64,000 bases of DNA, taken from an uncultured Alphaproteobacteria bacterium. GTDB lineage: Bacteria; Pseudomonadota; Alphaproteobacteria; Rs-D84. A program made the position numbers and the translations under genes. The stretch is from NCBI GenBank assembly GCA_944390125.1, contig CALXOX010000004.1, positions 23,875 through 87,874 on the forward strand, read 5' to 3'. Position 1 is the first letter of the stretch, and each line of letters starts with the position of its first letter. Under the pieces are notes generated by a model that saw only the letters and a list, made by a program, of their open reading frames with translations, was not told the origin of the DNA and ran no database searches. This document shows positions 59,449 through 64,000 of this stretch, piece by piece.

Positions 59449-61536
59449 ATGGCTAAGAAATTGGACGAAGCAACCAAGTTATTGATTGATTCATTACCGG
59501 AAAATTTACAAAAACTTGCGACCAATGCAGTAGAAGTTGGGTATTTGTCCCAGATGGATTTTAATGCTGCAACTGAAGCTGACGAAGTACCTGAAGAAGA
59601 ACAAGATGAGGTTTTAGACTTCTTTCAGCAAGATTTGGGTTTAGAAATTCTGGAAACAGACAGCTATTCCAAAAATATGGAAAAGTATTATGACGATGAT
59701 GATTCAGAAGAACAACTGGATAAAACTCGTAATCTTTTAAATGCTGATGCGGAACAGGTTGACGTCAACGACGACGATTATGAACATTATGCAAAGCAGT
59801 TAGAGCGCAGCCAGACAGGTAATTTAGTACTTGGCGTTCAGGATTCTGTCCAATCTTATTTAAAACAAATTGGAACGGTTCAATTATTGACTGCCGCAGG
59901 TGAAGTTGCAATTGCGCAACGTATTGAGGCCGCATCACGTTTAATGGTTTACGGTTTGTGTGAAAGTCCAATGACTATTAAAGCTATGTTGGACTGGTAT
60001 CAGCAATTATTAAACGAAGACATTCGTTTGCGTTATATTGTGAACTTGGAAGTTATGTATTCCAGTGATGCGGAACAGAAGTCTTTGGCGGCGATTTCGG
60101 AAACATTAAAGTCCAAGGGTGTTGAACACGTCGATGAATTGGATGATGACGATTTAGATGACTTAGAAGAGTCCACAATATCTGAAGACGACGAAGATGA
60201 TGACGAAGACGATGAAGACGAAGACGGCATCAAAAAAGAAGATACTCCTCGTGGAACGTCAGGCGTGCCAATTCCAGTAATGGAAGAAGCACTGATGCCA
60301 ATGGTAATGGATTTGTTCGCGAAGATTAAACGCGTGTTTAACAACATGCAAAAATTGCAGGCCAAACGTCTTGAGAACTTGGAAACGTCCTCTAAGCCAG
60401 ATGAAACTCTGGAAAAGAAATATACCAAAATGCGTTTGGAATTGTTTGAGCACGTCAGCAAGATACGTTTGAATGATGACAGAATTGCAGAAATTTTGGA
60501 ACAATTGACTAAACGCGACCAGCTGTTGATGGGGTTAGAGGGTAAGTTGTTGCGTTTGGCAATGGCCAATAAAATCAAGCGCGAAGATTTCTTGGAAGAA
60601 TATACTGGCAACGAAATAAATCGCAACTGGGTCAAGAAGCTGATGCGCAGCAAGAACCCAACGTGGGCTAATTTTGCCAAAAAGCACGAAAAAGACATTT
60701 TAAAGATTCAAGAAGACATAACCGCTATTGCAACTGAAACGGGACAGCCAACAGCTGAATACAAGAAAGTTGTTGAATTAGTCCGTCGTGGTCAAGCCGA
60801 AGCCGCTCGTGCAAAACGTGAAATGATAGAAGCGAACTTGCGTCTGGTTATCAAATTCGCAAAGAAGTCCAGCAATCGTGGACTAGGTTTGGATTTTTCA
60901 GATTTGGTTCAAGACGGCAATATTGGTTTGATGAAAGCTGTTGATAAATTTGATTATCGTTTAGGTAATAAATTCTCGACGTATGCTACAAACTGGATAC
61001 AGCAGGGTATTTCACGTAGTATCGCGGACCAGGCTCGTACAATTCGTATACCAGTGCATATGATTGATAATATACACAAGATTCAGCGTGCCACACGCCA
61101 GTTTATGCACAAATACGGCCGCCAGCCGACACCAGAAGAGCTGTCAAAGATTATTTATCTGCCTGTTGACAAGATTCATAAGGCGTTAAAGGTCAATTTG
61201 AAACCAATTTCATTAGAGGCCCCGGTCGGCACAGAAGACGACAGCAGTCGTATTGAAATTATCGCGGACGAAACTGCAAAGAATCCGTTTGTATCAGCCG
61301 CACAAAAGAATTTGCGTAAAATTGTTACACAGATTCTATCTGAATTGGACCCAAAAGAAGAAACTGTTTTGCGCCAGCGCTTTGGTATGAGTACTAACAA
61401 AACAAGCACCTTGGAAGAGGTTGGTGAATATATTGGTGTTACACGTGAACGTATTCGTCAGATTGAACAAAAGGCTTTGAACAAGCTAAAACATCCGACG
61501 CGTGCACGTAAATTGCGCAGTTTCTTGGAAGATTAA
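59449..61536 (+). CDS. rpoD: RNA polymerase sigma factor RpoD (sigma70)
   Basis: Acidic non-conserved region ([10 protein letters not shown]...[13 protein letters not shown]), region 2 ([19 protein letters not shown]...[11 protein letters not shown]), region 4 HTH; terminator cccgcacatgtgcggg follows. Confidence 0.85.
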   Translation: MAKKLDEATKLLIDSLPENLQKLATNAVEVGYLSQMDFNAATEADEVPEEEQDEVLDFFQQDLGLEILETDSYSKNMEKYYDDDDSEEQLDKTRNLLNADAEQVDVNDDDYEHYAKQLERSQTGNLVLGVQDSVQSYLKQIGTVQLLTAAGEVAIAQRIEAASRLMVYGLCESPMTIKAMLDWYQQLLNEDIRLRYIVNLEVMYSSDAEQKSLAAISETLKSKGVEHVDELDDDDLDDLEESTISEDDEDDDEDDEDEDGIKKEDTPRGTSGVPIPVMEEALMPMVMDLFAKIKRVFNNMQKLQAKRLENLETSSKPDETLEKKYTKMRLELFEHVSKIRLNDDRIAEILEQLTKRDQLLMGLEGKLLRLAMANKIKREDFLEEYTGNEINRNWVKKLMRSKNPTWANFAKKHEKDILKIQEDITAIATETGQPTAEYKKVVELVRRGQAEAARAKREMIEANLRLVIKFAKKSSNRGLGLDFSDLVQDGNIGLMKAVDKFDYRLGNKFSTYATNWIQQGISRSIADQARTIRIPVHMIDNIHKIQRATRQFMHKYGRQPTPEELSKIIYLPVDKIHKALKVNLKPISLEAPVGTEDDSSRIEIIADETAKNPFVSAAQKNLRKIVTQILSELDPKEETVLRQRFGMSTNKTSTLEEVGEYIGVTRERIRQIEQKALNKLKHPTRARKLRSFLED

Positions 61537-61583
61537 ACACGTCCCGCACATGTGCGGGATTTTATTTACATAAAGGAAAATGA

Positions 61584-62270
61584 ATGAAGAAAGGTTATAT
61601 GATTGCCCTAGAGGGTACAGATAAAGCTGGTAAGCACACCCAAGTTATGAATATTATAGAATATTTAAGAAAGCGTGGCATTGCGGCCGAAACATTAGAC
61701 TTTCCCCAATACGACTCTTTTTTTGGACGTTTAATAACTGATTATTTGAATGGAAAATTCGGCAGCACACGAAATATGCCCGCAGAATATACGATGTTGC
61801 CATATGCTTTGGACAGGGTACAACAACAACCAAAAATTTCCAATTGGCTATCAGAAGGCAAATGGGTGGTTTTAGATAGATATACTTACAGCAATTCGTT
61901 CTCTGTTGCGAAATGCCCGCAAGAACAATGGCAACAGAAGATAAACTTTATGGAAGATTTAGAATTTAATCAACTTGGCATTGCCAAGCCAGATTACAAT
62001 ATTTATCTGTATCTTGATCCCAAAGAATCATACAAAATGCGTACATCTGGTTTGAAACGATACCAAAATGGCAAACCCGATATTCATGAAAGTGACTTCA
62101 AGTTACTGTACGATGTATCAAATGTGTATAAACAAATCGCGGCATCAAATCCAACACAATGGACAATTGTGGATGAAATGCGTTCTGATGGCCGCAGAAT
62201 GGGTATAGAAGAAGTATTTTCACACCTGCAACCCGTAATTGATATTTTAATAAAGAAACATACAAGATAG
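61584..62270 (+). CDS. tmk: Thymidylate kinase-like nucleoside monophosphate kinase
   Basis: P-loop IALEGTDKAGKHTQ, DRY motif (LDRYTYS), LID-region basic residues. Confidence 0.55.
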   Translation: MKKGYMIALEGTDKAGKHTQVMNIIEYLRKRGIAAETLDFPQYDSFFGRLITDYLNGKFGSTRNMPAEYTMLPYALDRVQQQPKISNWLSEGKWVVLDRYTYSNSFSVAKCPQEQWQQKINFMEDLEFNQLGIAKPDYNIYLYLDPKESYKMRTSGLKRYQNGKPDIHESDFKLLYDVSNVYKQIAASNPTQWTIVDEMRSDGRRMGIEEVFSHLQPVIDILIKKHTR

Positions 62271-62276
62271 TAAAAA

Positions 62277-62293
62277 AGCCCCACGAAGGGGCT
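62277..62293. terminator. Bidirectional terminator
   Basis: agccccacgaaggggct hairpin + T-run between convergent genes. Confidence 0.55.
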
Positions 62294-62299
62294 GTTTTA

Positions 62300-64000
62300 T
62301 TATAAATTACCTTTTAAAGCCATATAAATATGCCCTAAATCTGTTTTTGACACAGTTTCTGCCAGTTTGTCAGTTCCGTCTGCCTGACGTGCCGCCAACA
62401 GTATCTTATCAAAACTGCGTACGAATTGGGTCGCTTGAGAACGGAACGCAGCGTTAGTTTTCAACATTTCCCGAACCTGCTTTTTATCTGCTGCAGCCAT
62501 TATTTTGGCAAACCATTTAGAAAAGACTGTTGTGTCGCCGCCATGATATTTTTTCCACACAACATCCGGAATTTCTACACCAGCTGTGCGCGTTAAATCC
62601 ATAGTTTGTTCGTGTAATTTTTCAAACAAGCGTTCACTTTGCTTCAAGAAATCTTGCGGACTTACTCGGCCATATGACGCAGCATTCGGAGTCGTATTTA
62701 TTGCATCCATAGGCGCAGTTGCGCGTGCAACCATCATTTGCTTATTCAAAGTCTGCATCGTATTTACAGCCTTTGTATAATCAGACATTAAATCTATCAT
62801 CTGTTGACGCGATTGTCCTGCCAAGTCTTCCAACTTTACAGCAGACTCAGCAATAGTAGTTGTTGAATCACTTACAGTCTGTTTCATCAGAGCAATTTTT
62901 TCATTCAAAGACTCGACAATTTTTTGCAGATTATCACCAGTGCTTACAGAGCTACTTGCCAAATCGGGCAGGGCTGAATAATACTTTTCTATCAATTCTG
63001 ACAAAGGTTGTAATTGCGCAGTTGTTTCTGCCGACATCTTTATCAAGTTTTCAGATTGCCCAGACAGTTGAGTATGTGCTGTATTCATTTCTATCAACGT
63101 TTCACGAACGCCAGTCGCCATTGCCTTTACGGATTCAGAGAAGGCACCTGCGGCTGTCTTTGTATTCTCTAACGTAGAATTAGCAACCCCAGACACTGTC
63201 TTTAACTCGCCCACAATGTCATTCGTAAATCCTGTAATGTCCTTATTAAAGTGATTGCATAATTCAGTAAGTTCCTTGGAAATATTGCGTACTGCAGATT
63301 CTGTAGAAGTCGCTGAAGACATCAACGCCTCAACGGCATCGGTCAACTTACGAACTTGCGATTCTATAGATGTTTCAGACAACCGAACCTGCCCAGCAAC
63401 TACATTGGCAGTATTGGTCAACGTATTTACCTGACTTGTCAGTTGTTTCTTTGCCTGCTTGCCAAACGTATCCAGCTTCACCAAATGTCCATCTAATAAC
63501 TTGTTATTATTTTCCATAACTTCGGCATAATCAGTGGCAGACGATTTTACATTCTCAAAACCGGTTGCCGTACTTTGCGCCAATTCAGTCAAATTCTGAC
63601 GCATCGCCTCACATTCTGAATTCAAGCCGTTCATTTGCTCTGTATTATTAGTAAACTCTGCTTTCAGTTTTTGCGACAGTTCATCGCCAGAGGCAATCCA
63701 GTTTGTAATATTGCTCTGAATTCTTGCTACCTGTTCATCAGTACTTTGCGAAGTAGTCTCAATTTTCGCCAACAAATCATTTACTGTGGCGCTGAACCTG
63801 TCTGTAGATAATTCGACATCCTGCCATCCGTTAGAACTAACTATATTATGTAAGTCAGAAACAGTATTGTCCAAACGTTGTGACATAACCGCTATCTTCT
63901 TTGTGGAATCATCAGCAGTTGCTGTCAGACGCGCATTTTGCTCTTCTAAAGAATTTTTCAAATCTGTTGCGACTTTAATTTGAGCATTTAATTCATCACG
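62300..64000 (-). CDS. Large alpha-helical/coiled-coil protein, 5'-partial (N-terminus beyond window end)
   Basis: Reading frame stays open from 62300 to the window edge (the ORF-track start at 63961 is a TTG). Low-complexity Ser/Thr/Ala/Gln/Glu-rich helical sequence. Confidence 0.4.
   Translation of the reverse strand, partial: RDELNAQIKVATDLKNSLEEQNARLTATADDSTKKIAVMSQRLDNTVSDLHNIVSSNGWQDVELSTDRFSATVNDLLAKIETTSQSTDEQVARIQSNITNWIASGDELSQKLKAEFTNNTEQMNGLNSECEAMRQNLTELAQSTATGFENVKSSATDYAEVMENNNKLLDGHLVKLDTFGKQAKKQLTSQVNTLTNTANVVAGQVRLSETSIESQVRKLTDAVEALMSSATSTESAVRNISKELTELCNHFNKDITGFTNDIVGELKTVSGVANSTLENTKTAAGAFSESVKAMATGVRETLIEMNTAHTQLSGQSENLIKMSAETTAQLQPLSELIEKYYSALPDLASSSVSTGDNLQKIVESLNEKIALMKQTVSDSTTTIAESAVKLEDLAGQSRQQMIDLMSDYTKAVNTMQTLNKQMMVARATAPMDAINTTPNAASYGRVSPQDFLKQSERLFEKLHEQTMDLTRTAGVEIPDVVWKKYHGGDTTVFSKWFAKIMAAADKKQVREMLKTNAAFRSQATQFVRSFDKILLAARQADGTDKLAETVSKTDLGHIYMALKGNL

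Noticed and set aside
62300-63961. Treating 63961 as the true start of the coiled-coil protein
   Set aside because: The codon at 63961 is TTG and the frame stays open to the window edge, so the gene is more likely 5'-partial.

Overview
AT-rich bacterial chromosome segment, probably from an alphaproteobacterium. Evidence for that: a DUF1013/TrcR-like protein next to rpoD, and a circularly permuted two-piece tmRNA whose tag starts ANDN. The left third (about 0.1-23.2 kb) is accessory DNA. It opens with an orphan phage/GTA-like terminase small+large subunit pair, followed by several unannotatable genes: a PD-(D/E)xK-like protein, an overlapping 245-aa/966-aa pair and a trypsin-like protease. Next comes a defence island bounded by two diverged ~1.4 kb direct repeats, each carrying a two-gene cassette (unknown ~216-aa protein + DUF488). 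Inside the island are a Type I-like R-M system with a fused M-S subunit and a small HEPN-like accessory ORF, a complete Gabija system (gajA/gajB), and a stand-alone Cas4/RecB-like nuclease. The middle (23-38 kb) is a cell-surface locus: lipoprotein, beta-barrel OMP, a four-gene glycosyltransferase operon with translationally coupled overlaps, and a ~2300-aa secreted Cys-rich protein that mixes Listeria-Bacteroides (InlB B-type) repeats with a 591-nt tandem repeat. The right part (38-64 kb) is housekeeping: Pif1-like helicase, rimI-tsaB, a Lon homologue lacking its protease domain, ssrA, obg, rubrerythrin, prfB with its programmed +1 frameshift, amiC-like amidase, Atl, 1-Cys peroxiredoxin, IHF-like protein, a fused accD-accA carboxyltransferase, cysS, rpoD, tmk, and four tRNAs. 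No CRISPR array, integrase or transposase was recognised. All calls are from reading the sequence and translations; no database search was run.
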